A stretch of DNA of 64,000 nucleotides, taken from contig JBKGYE010000003.1 in NCBI GenBank assembly GCA_046546255.1, positions 2,773 through 66,772 of the forward strand, given 5' to 3'. Each line of letters opens with the position of its first letter. The first letter of the stretch is position 1. This DNA comes from Halorhodospira sp. Its GTDB lineage: Bacteria > Pseudomonadota > Gammaproteobacteria > Nitrococcales > Halorhodospiraceae. A program made the translations under genes and the position numbers. A model generated the notes under the pieces. That model was not told the origin of the DNA. It did no database searches and saw only the letters and a list, made by a program, of their open reading frames with translations. Of the stretch, positions 43,888-54,417 are shown piece by piece.

Positions 43888-46599
43888 ATGACACAATCGG
43901 ATGACCCCTTGATCCTGGTCGATGGCTCGTCCTACCTCTACCGTGCCTTCTTTGCCCTGCCGGCGCTGAGCACCGCCAAAGGTGAGCCGACCGGTGCCCT
44001 CTATGGGGTGGTGAGCATGCTCCATAAGCTCCCCGCCGAGGAGGCTGGCAGGCACCTCGCGGTGGTTTTCGATGCTCCTGGCAAGACCTTCCGCGATGAG
44101 CTCTTCGAGCACTACAAGGCCCATCGCCCGCCCATGCCCGAGGATCTGCGTGCTCAGCGTGAGCCGCTCAAGCAGATCATCGCTGCCATGGGGGTGCCGG
44201 TGCTCGAGGTTGAGGGGGTGGAGGCCGATGATGTCATCGGCACGCTGGCCGCGCGCGCTCAAGGGCCGGTGGTCATCTCGACCACGGACAAGGATATGGC
44301 GCAGCTCGTCGATGAGCGTGTCACCCTGCTCAATACCATGAGCGGCGCTCGCCTCGATCCGCAGGGGGTGGAGGAGAAGTTCGGCGTCCCGCCGGCGGCG
44401 ATTCGCGACTACTTGGCCTTGGTGGGGGATACTTCCGACAATATCCCGGGAGTTCCTCGAGTCGGGCCGAAGACAGCTGCCAAGTGGTTGCAACACTACG
44501 GCACCCTGGAGGCGCTGCGTGAGCACGCCGACGAACTCCGTGGCAAGGTCGGCGAGAGCCTGCGTGCACACCTCGAGGAACTGCCTCTATCCGTAGAGCT
44601 CGCTACGATCCGTTGCGATCTCGACCTGGAGCTCGCCCCGGAGGCGCTCGTCTGTGGTGAGCCTGATCGAGAGACCCTGCGCGCGCTCTATCGGCGTTTC
44701 GAGATGCGCCGTTTCCTTGCTGAGCTCGATGGCGGTGCGGCAGCGGGGGAAGAGGGGACCAGCCGTGGGGGGGCGGCAGGGCAAACGCCGGTCGATTACC
44801 GGATTATCCGCCAGGAGGCGGATCTGGAGGCGTGGCTAGAGCGCTTATACCGTGCCGAGGCCTTCGCCCTTGACCTGGAGACGGATAGCCTCAGCTACAT
44901 GGACGCCAATATCGTCGGCATCTCGCTAGCGGTGGCACCCTGTGAAGCGGTCTATATCCCTGTTGCTCATGTTGGCCCTGAAGCCCAGGAGCAGCTCGGG
45001 CGGGCGTGGGTCCTCGAGAGGTTGCGCCCTGTGCTCGAGGCGCAGCGGCCAGTGAAGATCGGGCAGAACCTGAAGTACGACATGAGCGTGCTCGCCAGCC
45101 ACGGCGTGGCATTGCGCGGCGTGGCATACGACAGCATGCTCGAGTCCTATGTGCTCGATGCCGGTGCTGCTCGCCATGACATGGCCTCGTTGGCGAGCCG
45201 CCACCTCGGCGTGTCGGTGACCAGCTACGAGCAGCTCTGCGGCAAGGGAGCCAAGCAGGTCCCTTTCGCCGAGATCGAGATCGAGCGTGCGGGAGCCTAC
45301 GCCGCCGAGGATGCGGACATCGCCTTGCGCCTTCATCAGCAGCTCTATCCCCAGCTCGAGGCCGAGCAACAGCTACTGGAGGTCTTCGAGCACCTGGAGA
45401 TGCCGCTGCTGCCGGTGCTCTCTCGCATGGAGCGCAACGGGGTGCATGTCGATCCTGAGATGCTCGCGGCCCAGAGCCGCGGGCTTGCCGAGCGTATGGC
45501 TGAGGTCGAGCGATGCGCCCACGAGGAGGCTGGCGAGGCGTTCAATCTCAGCTCACCGAAGCAGATCCAGGAGATCTTCTTCGAGCGTATGGGGCTGCCG
45601 GTGGTCCAGCGGACGCCCAAGGGGCAGCCCTCAACGGCGGAATCGGTCCTCGAGGAGCTCACGGCCCAGGGGCACGAGCTGCCGCGGCTGATCCTCGAGC
45701 ATCGGGGGCTGGCCAAGCTCAAGTCCACCTATACCGACAAGCTGCCGCAGCTCATCCACCCGGCGACCGGTCGGGTTCATACCTCCTATCATCAGGCGGT
45801 CACGGCCACCGGCCGATTGTCCTCCTCGGAGCCGAACCTGCAGAACATCCCCGTACGGACTCCCGAGGGGCGGAGGATCCGTAAGGCCTTTGTCCCCGAG
45901 GCTGAGCATAAGCTGCTGACGGCGGACTATTCCCAGGTCGAGCTTCGGATCATGGCGCATCTCTCCGGTGACAGCGGGCTTCGCCGGGCCTTCGAGCAGG
46001 GGGAGGACATCCATCGCGCTACCGCCGCCGAGGTCTTCGGCTCGGCTCAGGTGAGCGACGAGCAGCGTCGGGCTGCCAAGGCAATCAACTTCGGGCTCAT
46101 CTACGGTATGTCCGCCTGGGGGCTAGGACGGCAGCTGGGTATCCCGCGGGAGCAGGCGCAGGACTATATCGATCGCTATTTCGAGCGCTACCCGGACGTA
46201 CGGCGCTTCATGGAGAGGGTCCGTGAGCAGGCGCGGACGCAGGGCTATGTGGAGACGATCGCCGGACGGCGGCTCTACCTGCCGGAAATCAACAGCCGCA
46301 ACCGGCAGCGTCGGGAGTATGCCGAGCGCACCGCCATCAACGCCCCCATGCAGGGCACGGCGGCGGATCTGATCAAGCGGGCCATGATTGATGTCGATGC
46401 CCTGCTCTTGGCGCACTTCCCGCAGGCGCGCATGGTCATGCAAGTCCACGATGAGCTGGTGCTCGAGGTGCCGGAGGCGCAGGTGGCAGCGGTGCGTGCC
46501 GAGGTGCGGCGCCTGATGGAGGCAGCCGACGGTGGCCGCCTCGAGGTGCCGCTGGAAGTGGAGGCGGGGGTCGGTGATGACTGGGAGGAGGCCCATTGA
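43888..46599 (+). CDS. polA: DNA polymerase I
   Basis: 5'-3' exonuclease (LVDGSSYLYRAF, EADDVIG), intact 3'-5' exonuclease (DLETD, QNLKYD, YAAEDAD), polymerase motifs DYSQVELR, KAINFGLIYG, QVHDEL. Confidence 0.98.
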   Translation: MTQSDDPLILVDGSSYLYRAFFALPALSTAKGEPTGALYGVVSMLHKLPAEEAGRHLAVVFDAPGKTFRDELFEHYKAHRPPMPEDLRAQREPLKQIIAAMGVPVLEVEGVEADDVIGTLAARAQGPVVISTTDKDMAQLVDERVTLLNTMSGARLDPQGVEEKFGVPPAAIRDYLALVGDTSDNIPGVPRVGPKTAAKWLQHYGTLEALREHADELRGKVGESLRAHLEELPLSVELATIRCDLDLELAPEALVCGEPDRETLRALYRRFEMRRFLAELDGGAAAGEEGTSRGGAAGQTPVDYRIIRQEADLEAWLERLYRAEAFALDLETDSLSYMDANIVGISLAVAPCEAVYIPVAHVGPEAQEQLGRAWVLERLRPVLEAQRPVKIGQNLKYDMSVLASHGVALRGVAYDSMLESYVLDAGAARHDMASLASRHLGVSVTSYEQLCGKGAKQVPFAEIEIERAGAYAAEDADIALRLHQQLYPQLEAEQQLLEVFEHLEMPLLPVLSRMERNGVHVDPEMLAAQSRGLAERMAEVERCAHEEAGEAFNLSSPKQIQEIFFERMGLPVVQRTPKGQPSTAESVLEELTAQGHELPRLILEHRGLAKLKSTYTDKLPQLIHPATGRVHTSYHQAVTATGRLSSSEPNLQNIPVRTPEGRRIRKAFVPEAEHKLLTADYSQVELRIMAHLSGDSGLRRAFEQGEDIHRATAAEVFGSAQVSDEQRRAAKAINFGLIYGMSAWGLGRQLGIPREQAQDYIDRYFERYPDVRRFMERVREQARTQGYVETIAGRRLYLPEINSRNRQRREYAERTAINAPMQGTAADLIKRAMIDVDALLLAHFPQARMVMQVHDELVLEVPEAQVAAVRAEVRRLMEAADGGRLEVPLEVEAGVGDDWEEAH

Positions 46600-46743
46600 C
46601 GGTGACAGTGTCTGGCTGTTGCGGCTGCTCGTAGCGTGGCGTGCTTTCTAGGGGGTGTTTCGTTAAGGTGTGATGCGCGCGATTACCCGGCCGTCGTGTA
46701 AGACAGTGGTCCGCAGGGGCTGTAGGCAGGAGGTGCCAAGAAG

Positions 46744-48156
46744 ATGGAAGCCCTCGATCCGTTACTCTTATCCCGCATGCAGTTCGCCTTCGTGGTCTCG
46801 TTCCACGCTCTGTTCCCGGTGTTCACCATTGGTCTGGCCGCCTACATCGCGGTTCTGGAGGCCCTCTGGTATCGCACGGATAGCCCCCTCTACCGCAATC
46901 TCTCGGAGTTCTGGATCAAGATCTTCGCCGTTGTCTTCGGTATGGGGGTGGTCTCCGGCGTGGTGATGTCCTTCCAGTTCGGGACCAACTGGAGCGAGTT
47001 CTCCTTCGCCACGGCGAACCTGCTCGGGCCGATCCTCTCCTATGAGGTCCTCACTGCCTTCTTCCTGGAGGCTGTCTTCCTCGGCATCCTGCTCTTCGGC
47101 AGGGACCGGGTGCCGCGAGGGACCCACCTGTTCGCCGCCTGTATGGTGGCTATCGGCACCTTCATCTCCTCGTTCTGGATCCTGTCGGCCAACTCTTGGA
47201 TGCAGACGCCGCAAGGCTTCGAGCTCCGTGACGGGATCGTCCACGTCACTTCTTGGGCCGAGGCCATCTTCAACCCCTCGCTGTGGTATCGCTTTGGGCA
47301 CATGGGTCTGGCCTCGCTGCTAACCGCTGGTTTCGTGGTTGCCGGTGTCAGCGCCTACTTCCTGCTGCGCGGCCGTAGCGTGGAGATGAATCGCAAGGCG
47401 TTGAGCATGACCCTGTGGCTATTGCTGCTGGTGGCCCCAGCGCAGGTGCTCATGGGGGATATGCATGGGCTCAACACCTTCGAGCATCAGCCTACCAAAG
47501 TCGCTGCTATGGAGGGGGCCTGGGAGACGCAGCAGGGGGCGCCGCTGTACCTGTTCGCCTGGCCCGATGCGCAGGCAGAGACCAACCGCTTCGCTGTGGG
47601 GATCCCCAATCTGGCCAGCTATATCCTTACCCATCACTGGGACGGAGAAGTGCCAGGGCTCAAGGAGGTCAGCGCCGAGGAACGTCCCCCCGTGGCGCAG
47701 GTGTTCTGGTCGTTCCGAATCATGGTGGGTATCGGGGTGCTCATGGTGCTCGCCGTTCTCTGGGGTGTTGGGCTGCGCTTGCGCGGGCGCCTGTTCGAGA
47801 GCCGAGCGTACCTGAGGGCCCTGGAGCTGATGATCCCGCTGCCCTTTGTAGCGGTGCTGACCGGCTGGTTCGTCACCGAGATGGGCCGCTCGCCATGGTT
47901 GATCTACGGCCAGATGACCCTCGCCGAGGGGCTGACTCCGGCGCTCAGCGGCTGGATGGCGCTATTTACCCTGGTCGGCTATATGGTCGTCTATGCAGTC
48001 ATCTTTACGGCCGGCCTCTATTATGTCACCCGTATCGTGCGCTCGGGGCCGGAAGCGACAGGGGCTGTCGAGGAGCCAGCCCACGCCAAGCGGCCCTTCT
48101 CCGCGGCCGATATACCCTTCGACGAAGACCCCGACGTCTCGACCAACTTGAGGTGA
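46744..48156 (+). CDS. cydA: Cytochrome bd-type quinol oxidase subunit I (short Q-loop, CioA-like)
   Basis: SRMQFA..FH, QFGTNW, NSWMQTP, QPTKVAAMEG, FRIMVG, TEMGRSPW. Confidence 0.94.
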   Translation: MEALDPLLLSRMQFAFVVSFHALFPVFTIGLAAYIAVLEALWYRTDSPLYRNLSEFWIKIFAVVFGMGVVSGVVMSFQFGTNWSEFSFATANLLGPILSYEVLTAFFLEAVFLGILLFGRDRVPRGTHLFAACMVAIGTFISSFWILSANSWMQTPQGFELRDGIVHVTSWAEAIFNPSLWYRFGHMGLASLLTAGFVVAGVSAYFLLRGRSVEMNRKALSMTLWLLLLVAPAQVLMGDMHGLNTFEHQPTKVAAMEGAWETQQGAPLYLFAWPDAQAETNRFAVGIPNLASYILTHHWDGEVPGLKEVSAEERPPVAQVFWSFRIMVGIGVLMVLAVLWGVGLRLRGRLFESRAYLRALELMIPLPFVAVLTGWFVTEMGRSPWLIYGQMTLAEGLTPALSGWMALFTLVGYMVVYAVIFTAGLYYVTRIVRSGPEATGAVEEPAHAKRPFSAADIPFDEDPDVSTNLR

Positions 48157-48160
48157 GATC

Positions 48161-49162
48161 ATGGCGCTGATTGATATCACGGTCATCTGGCTGGGGATCA
48201 TCGGCCTCGGGGTCTTCATGTACGTCCTGCTGGACGGCTTTGACCTGGGGATCGGCATCCTCTACCCCTTCGCCCCTGACGAGCAGAGCCGGGACACCCT
48301 GATGGGGTCCGTGGCGCCGGTCTGGGATGGCAATGAGACCTGGCTCATCCTCGGGGGAGCGGGGCTGCTGGCCGCCTTCCCGGCGGTCTATAGCATCTAC
48401 CTGCCGGCGCTCTACCTAGGGGTGTTCCTGATGCTCGCCGGCCTGATCTTCCGAGGGGTGGCCTTCGAGTTTCGCTTCAAGTCTTCGCGCACCCGCTGGT
48501 TCTGGAACGCAGCCTTCGCCGGCGGCTCCTTGCTGGCTGCTGCTGCCCAGGGGTTCGTGGTCGGCGCCTATATCCAGGGCTTCGAGGTGGAAGGCTATAC
48601 TTATGTCGGTGGCCCCTTGGATTGGTTGACCCCGTTCACGACCTTTACAGCCTTCTCCTTGGTGATTGGCTACGCCCTGCTCGGGGCGACCTGGGGGATC
48701 CTCAAGACGGAAGGGGCCACCCAGCGCTGGCTCTATCGGGTGACGCCTTGGCTGCTGCTGGTGCTCGTCCTTTGCTTGATCGGCATTACCATCTGGACGC
48801 CGCTGATCCAAGAGCGGATCCTGGCGCGCTGGCTTGAGAGCTGGACGGTGCTCTGGCCGCTGCCGGTGCTGGGTGCCGTGGCCGTGGTGCTCCTCTGGCG
48901 CGGCTTGCGTCAGCGCTGGGAGGTGGCGCCGTTCATGTGCAGCATGGCGCTGTTTGTGACCGTCTACCTAGGCCTGGTCAGCAGCCAATGGCCGTACATG
49001 GTGCCCCCTGATATCACCTTCCGGGAGGCGGCCTCGGCGCCGGAGACGCAGTTGTTCCTCCTGCTCGGCATGCTCTTCCTGCTGCCGATCATCATCGGCT
49101 ATACGGCCTGGACCTACTGGATCTTCCGAGGCAAGGTCCAGGCGGGTGCAGGTTACCACTGA
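48161..49162 (+). CDS. cydB: Cytochrome bd-type quinol oxidase subunit II (CioB-like)
   Basis: LDGFDLGIG, PVWDGNETWL, FRGVAFEFR, YWIFRGKV. Confidence 0.94.
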   Translation: MALIDITVIWLGIIGLGVFMYVLLDGFDLGIGILYPFAPDEQSRDTLMGSVAPVWDGNETWLILGGAGLLAAFPAVYSIYLPALYLGVFLMLAGLIFRGVAFEFRFKSSRTRWFWNAAFAGGSLLAAAAQGFVVGAYIQGFEVEGYTYVGGPLDWLTPFTTFTAFSLVIGYALLGATWGILKTEGATQRWLYRVTPWLLLVLVLCLIGITIWTPLIQERILARWLESWTVLWPLPVLGAVAVVLLWRGLRQRWEVAPFMCSMALFVTVYLGLVSSQWPYMVPPDITFREAASAPETQLFLLLGMLFLLPIIIGYTAWTYWIFRGKVQAGAGYH

Positions 49163-50912
49163 GCCTGTGGCGAGCGCGCAGGCCAGCGCAACGGTCAGCG
49201 AGCGCCGCGCTGTTCGCTGGCTGCAAGCCCAGGTCCATCTAGCGCGTGGTGCCATGGCAGCCACTGTGGCCGCTGGCACCGCTGACGCCGGGCTGGTGGT
49301 AGCCCAGTCGGCACTGATCGCTTGGACAGTCGACCGGGCGGTCAGTGAAGGGGTTGGCCTGGCGAGCCTGGGAGGTGCCCTGTCGGTCTTGGCGGTGGTT
49401 TTCCTAGGGCGTGCGCTGGCGACTTGGGGCCGGGCGGCTGCCGGAGCCCGGACGGGGCGGCTCATCACGGCGGCCCTCCGGCGGCGGCTGTATCGCCACA
49501 TCGCTGCCCTCGGACCGGTGCGGCTGCAGGCGTATCATAGTGGTGCCGTGGCTAGTGCCCTGGTCGAGCAGGTGGAGGCGCTGGAAGGCTACTATGCCCG
49601 CTACCTGCCCCAGGTGGTGCTGGCTACGGTGCTACCGGCAGCGCTGATCACCACGATCCTGCTCCTCGATCTATATGTCGGCCTGCTACTGCTTGTGGCG
49701 GCGCCACTGGTGCCGCTGTTCATGGCGCTAGTCGGCATCGGTGCTAGCCAACGCTCACGTCGGCAGCAGCAGGGCCTGGCGCGCATCAGCGCCCATTTCC
49801 TCGATCGATTGCGTGGATTGGCTACCCTGCGCATCCTGCGCGCGACCGACCAGGCCGCTACGGCTGTGGAGGCGGCGGCCGAGGTGTACCGGGTGCGCAG
49901 CATGTCGGTGTTGCGTGTCGCTTTCCTCTCCTCGGCGGTGCTGGAGCTGATCTCAGCGCTGTCCATTGCGCTGGTGGCCATCTACGTGGGCTTCTCCCTC
50001 CTCGACTACCTGCATTTCGGACCGGGCTCGGAGCTAGGGCTGTTCGCTGGATTGTTGATCCTGCTGCTTGCGCCCGAGGTCTTCCTGCCGCTGCGCCAGC
50101 TTGGGCAGCACTACCACGATCGAGCGACGGCGGTAGGGGCGGCCACGGAGATTATGCGCATCCTCGATGAGCCCCTCCCGGAGGCAGGCGGGGGCGTGCC
50201 GGCGCCGGCTACAACGCCCGTGCGGCGTGAGCCCCAGGCTGGGCTACCCTTGCCCGAACCGGTTCCGGTCGTTTTTGGTGGGGTCACGGTGTGCTTTCCC
50301 GGAGCGCAAGCGCCGGCGCTCGCTCGGATCGATCTGAAGATCGCCGCCGGGGAGCGGGTGGTGATCTCGGGGCCGAGTGGCGCTGGTAAGTCGACCCTGC
50401 TCCACCTGGCCGCTGGCTTCCTGGAACCGGATCTCGGTTCGGTCACCGTCGGTGGCGTACCGCCAACACAGGCTGGTGTCGGCTGGCTGGGGCAGCGAGC
50501 CTGGCTCTTCCACGGTACGGTGCGGGAGAACCTGCAGCTCGCCGATCCGGCGGCCGAGGATCAGCGTCTGTGGGCGGCCCTGCGCCATGCCGATCTGGCG
50601 GAGGTCATCGCCGGACTGCCACAGGGGCTGGATGCGCCCCTCGGCGAGGGCGGTTATGGGCTCTCCGGGGGGCAGGCGAGTCGCTTGGCGCTCGCGCGTG
50701 CGCTGCTCTCTGGCGCACCGCTGTTGCTGCTCGATGAGCCCACTGCCGGGCTCGACCCGGCGAGCCGGGAGCGGGTGCTCAAGGCCGTGACTGCGCTCGC
50801 GGATGGTCACCGGACGGTGCTGCTGGTCGCCCACGACCGAGATCTGCACGAGTGGGGAGACCGGCATTGGGTGCTCGAGGCCGGCCGGTGTCGGGAGGAG
50901 CGCCGTGCGTGA
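49146..50912 (+). CDS. cydD: Thiol reductant/heme ABC exporter CydD
   Basis: YYARYLPQ, VLRVAFLSSAVLE, APEVFLPLRQLG..YH, GPSGAGKS, LSGGQ; start uncertain. Confidence 0.93.
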   Translation: MQVTTEPVASAQASATVSERRAVRWLQAQVHLARGAMAATVAAGTADAGLVVAQSALIAWTVDRAVSEGVGLASLGGALSVLAVVFLGRALATWGRAAAGARTGRLITAALRRRLYRHIAALGPVRLQAYHSGAVASALVEQVEALEGYYARYLPQVVLATVLPAALITTILLLDLYVGLLLLVAAPLVPLFMALVGIGASQRSRRQQQGLARISAHFLDRLRGLATLRILRATDQAATAVEAAAEVYRVRSMSVLRVAFLSSAVLELISALSIALVAIYVGFSLLDYLHFGPGSELGLFAGLLILLLAPEVFLPLRQLGQHYHDRATAVGAATEIMRILDEPLPEAGGGVPAPATTPVRREPQAGLPLPEPVPVVFGGVTVCFPGAQAPALARIDLKIAAGERVVISGPSGAGKSTLLHLAAGFLEPDLGSVTVGGVPPTQAGVGWLGQRAWLFHGTVRENLQLADPAAEDQRLWAALRHADLAEVIAGLPQGLDAPLGEGGYGLSGGQASRLALARALLSGAPLLLLDEPTAGLDPASRERVLKAVTALADGHRTVLLVAHDRDLHEWGDRHWVLEAGRCREERRA

Positions 50913-52572
50913 GCTGATCCCTTTCCTGCGCGATCTGCGCCCTGAGCGCTGGCGTCTCGCCTTGGGGACGCTGCTGCTGATTCTCAGCCTCCTCTCGTCG
51001 ATCGGCCTGCTCGGGCTGTCCGGCTGGTTCCTCACGGCCACGGCATTAGCTGGGGTGACGGGTGCAGCACTGGAGGTCTATCAGCCGAGCTCGGGGATTC
51101 GCTCCTTCGCGCTGACCCGGACGATCGCCCGCTACTTTGAGCGCCTGGTTCACCACGATGCCGTTCTGCGCACCCTCGCTCGCTTGCGCGGTTGGCTCTT
51201 CCGGGCCCTGGCGCCGATGCCTCTGCATAGCCTTGGCCGGCTACGACGTAGCGATTTGCTCAACCGTATGACTGCCGATGTCGAGGCCTTGGACAATCTC
51301 TACTTGCGGATCGTCGGTCCAACCCTCGCTGCGGTGGTGACAGTCGCGGTCACCGTCGCGGTGCTCGTCTTGGTGGCAGGGGCCGTGGGGTGGGCCGTGG
51401 GCGGTATCCTGGGCCTAGGGGGGCTGCTGCTGCCGCTCTGGGCCTGGCGTCGGGGGTCCCCCCACGGTGAGGCGGTGGATCGTCATCTGCCGGCCCTGCG
51501 CGGTGCCGGGGTGGACGCGGTGCAAGGATTGGCGGAGCTGCGTGCCTGCGGTGCCGTAGTGCGCCATGAGCAGCGCCTCATGGACGCTGCTGAGCGCCTG
51601 GCTGCCGCCCGGGCGCGGTCGGCTCGCCTGACCGGGGCCGGCGAGGGCGCTGTGGGGCTGCTCAGCCATGGGGCCTTGCTGGTCGCCCTTATAGGCGGCA
51701 TCCCCCTGTACCAATCAGGGGCGATCAGCGCGCCGATCCTGGTCCTTGGCACGCTCGCGGCTCTAGCCGCTGGCGAGGCCTTGTCCGCCCTGCCGGGCGC
51801 CTGGCAGCACCTGGGGCGGACCCGGGCTGCCGCACGGCGGTTGCTTGAGCATGCCGAGCTCGCCGAGGCGCAGGCACCGGCGGTGGCCGCACCGGTGTGC
51901 GAGGCTCCTCTCCCACTGGCCTTCGAGGCGGTGACCTTCCGCTACGCTGCCCATCGCCCGCTGCTGCTTGAGGACTGCTCGTTACGGCTCGAGGCTGGCG
52001 AGACCGGGGTTATCTACGGCCCTTCAGGTTGTGGCAAGTCTACGCTCCTGGAACTAGCTGCTGGCCTGATCACACCGCAGAAAGGGCAGGTGAAGGTGGC
52101 CCAGGTACCGGTCCAGGGCATGGCCGAGGGGGACCGCTTCGCCTGCATCACCTACCTGACCCAGCGTACCGAGCTTTTCGCCGATACCGTGGCGAGCAAT
52201 CTGCGTATTGCCGATCCTCAAGCCGATGACGCCCGTCTGTGGCAGGTCTTGCGTGCCGCTGCCCTGGAGGAGCGAGTAGCAGCCCACCCACAGGGGCTTG
52301 AGGCCTGGATCGGGGAGGGCGGCGCCCGGCTGTCGGGTGGCGAGGCTCGCCGTCTGGCACTGGCGCGCCTGATGCTGCTGGAGGCGCCCGTGGTTCTGCT
52401 CGACGAGCCCTTTCGGGGGCTGGATGATGCGACGGCGGCGCGGGTCTCCCGGCGCATGGCATCGTGGCTGGCCGAGCGCACGGTGCTCGTGATCAGCCAT
52501 GATCCAGGGACGGCCCCGGCGCATCACTGGTGCCTGCCTTTCACAGCGCTCACTGCCAGCCGTGTTGATTGA
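50905..52572 (+). CDS. cydC: Thiol reductant/heme ABC exporter CydC
   Basis: GLLGLSGWFL, RYFERLVHHD, DVEALDNLYLR, GPSGCGKS, LSGGE; GTG start at 50905 with GGAGGAG SD. Confidence 0.93.
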   Translation: MRELIPFLRDLRPERWRLALGTLLLILSLLSSIGLLGLSGWFLTATALAGVTGAALEVYQPSSGIRSFALTRTIARYFERLVHHDAVLRTLARLRGWLFRALAPMPLHSLGRLRRSDLLNRMTADVEALDNLYLRIVGPTLAAVVTVAVTVAVLVLVAGAVGWAVGGILGLGGLLLPLWAWRRGSPHGEAVDRHLPALRGAGVDAVQGLAELRACGAVVRHEQRLMDAAERLAAARARSARLTGAGEGAVGLLSHGALLVALIGGIPLYQSGAISAPILVLGTLAALAAGEALSALPGAWQHLGRTRAAARRLLEHAELAEAQAPAVAAPVCEAPLPLAFEAVTFRYAAHRPLLLEDCSLRLEAGETGVIYGPSGCGKSTLLELAAGLITPQKGQVKVAQVPVQGMAEGDRFACITYLTQRTELFADTVASNLRIADPQADDARLWQVLRAAALEERVAAHPQGLEAWIGEGGARLSGGEARRLALARLMLLEAPVVLLDEPFRGLDDATAARVSRRMASWLAERTVLVISHDPGTAPAHHWCLPFTALTASRVD

Positions 52573-52586
52573 TCGTCTCGTGCGGC

Positions 52587-52616
52587 TTGGCATCTTGGCC
52601 GGCCGGGCGGGATAAT
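52587..52616 (+). promoter_or_regulatory. Possible sigma70 promoter for argS
   Basis: TTGGCA-N18-GATAAT. Confidence 0.45.
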
Positions 52617-52653
52617 AGCGAGCTTTTCCGGACCCGAGCGATGGAGCCCCTCC

Positions 52654-54408
52654 ATGAAGCGACACGTGGCCAGTCTCCTGGCGCAGGCCCTGATGGCCAT
52701 GCGCGAGGCCGGCGAGCTGCCGGCGGATATAGAGCTACCCGAGATACAGGTCGAGCGCGCCCGTGATCGCGCTCATGGCGACTACGCCGCCAATACGGCC
52801 ATGGTCCTGGCTAAGCCGGCCCGGCAGAAGCCGCGGGATCTGGCCGAGGCGATCCGTGCCCGGTTGCCGGTTTCCGAGGCGATCGCCCGGGTCGAGGTGG
52901 CCGGGCCCGGCTTTCTCAACTTCACATTGACCGCAGCAGCCCGTCATGAGGCGGTGCGTACTGCCCTGCGCGAGGGGGACGCCTTCGGGCGCAGTGATGT
53001 TGGCGCGGGGGAACGGGTGCACATCGAGTTCGTCTCGGCCAATCCGACGGGACCACTTCACGTCGGCCATGGTCGCGGCGCCGCCTTCGGCGATGCGCTA
53101 GCCAGTGTCCTCGAGGCTGCCGGCTACCATGTGCATCGTGAATACTATGTCAACGACGCCGGGCGGCAAATGGATATCCTCGCCGTGTCGCTGTGGCTGC
53201 GCTATCTGGAGGCCGCCGGTGAAAGGGTCCCCTTCCCGGCTAAGGGCTATCAGGGGGATTACATCGTTGCCCATGCTCATGAGCTGCTCGCAGCTCATGG
53301 GCGGGCCTATGTCCAGGCCGTGGATACGGTGACAGCCGAGCTGCCGGAGGAGGAGACGGATCCGGAGGCTTACCTCGATGCCCTGGTGGCCCAGGCCCGG
53401 TCACTGCTCGGCGAGTCGGCCTATCGCCGGGTCCTGGACTTCGCCTTGGAGGCGATCCTCGGCGACATCCGGGCGGATCTGGACGCCTTCGGGGTGGCTT
53501 TCCATCGCTACTTCTCGGAGCGCGAGCTTGTCGAGCAGGGCCGTATCGAGACTGCGGTGCAGCGGCTTACCGAGGCTGGCCATACCTACGAGGCGGAGGG
53601 GGCGCTCTGGTTCCGGGCCGCAGAGCTCGGGGACGACAAGGACCGGGTGCTGCGCCGGGAGAATGGGCTGACGACCTACTTCGCCGCGGATGTGGCCTAT
53701 CATCTGGAAAAGCTCGAGCGTGGTTTTGTCACCCTGATCAATGTCTGGGGTGCGGACCATCACGGCTATGTGGCGCGGGTAAAGGCCGCCTTGCAGGCCC
53801 TCGGCGTGGATCCTGAGCGTTTGGATATCCGCCTGGTGCAGTTCGCCGTCCTCTATCGCGGCGGGGAGAAGCTGCCCATGTCCACCCGCTCCGGCGAGTT
53901 CGTCACCTTGCGTGAGCTGCGCGAGGAGGTGGGCAAGGACGCCGCGCGTTTCTTCTATGTCATGCGCCGCTCCGAGCAGCATATGGATTTCGACCTGGAC
54001 CTGGCCAAGTCGGAGTCGGCGGATAACCCGGTCTACTATTGCCAATACGCCCACGCCCGGATCTGTAGCGTTTTCCGCCAGCTGACGGAGCGAGGGCTGG
54101 CCTGTCGGGCTATCATCGAGGCGGCCGCCCTGGAGCGCTTGGACACCGAGCACGAGGCCATCCTGCTGGATTTGATCGGGCGCTACCCCGAGGTGGTTGA
54201 GGCTGCCGCCCTAGCCCGGGAGCCGCACCAGGTGGTGCAGTATCTGCGTGAGCTGGCAGCGGCCTTTCATACCTACTACAACGCGGTACCGTTCATCATC
54301 GATGATGAGCCGCTGCGCGAGGCCCGGTTGACCCTGGTCCGAGCGGTACAGCAGGTCCTGGCCAATGGCTTGGGCCTCCTCGGGGTGGATGCCCCGCAGA
54401 GCATGTGA
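52654..54408 (+). CDS. argS: Arginyl-tRNA synthetase
   Basis: [50 protein letters not shown]. Confidence 0.97.
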   Translation: MKRHVASLLAQALMAMREAGELPADIELPEIQVERARDRAHGDYAANTAMVLAKPARQKPRDLAEAIRARLPVSEAIARVEVAGPGFLNFTLTAAARHEAVRTALREGDAFGRSDVGAGERVHIEFVSANPTGPLHVGHGRGAAFGDALASVLEAAGYHVHREYYVNDAGRQMDILAVSLWLRYLEAAGERVPFPAKGYQGDYIVAHAHELLAAHGRAYVQAVDTVTAELPEEETDPEAYLDALVAQARSLLGESAYRRVLDFALEAILGDIRADLDAFGVAFHRYFSERELVEQGRIETAVQRLTEAGHTYEAEGALWFRAAELGDDKDRVLRRENGLTTYFAADVAYHLEKLERGFVTLINVWGADHHGYVARVKAALQALGVDPERLDIRLVQFAVLYRGGEKLPMSTRSGEFVTLRELREEVGKDAARFFYVMRRSEQHMDFDLDLAKSESADNPVYYCQYAHARICSVFRQLTERGLACRAIIEAAALERLDTEHEAILLDLIGRYPEVVEAAALAREPHQVVQYLRELAAAFHTYYNAVPFIIDDEPLREARLTLVRAVQQVLANGLGLLGVDAPQSM

Positions 54409-54417
54409 CGAGAGCGT

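Noticed and set aside
46600-46743. FNR or ArcA site upstream of cydA
   Set aside because: Only a GTGAT half-site; no TTGAT-N4-ATCAA palindrome.
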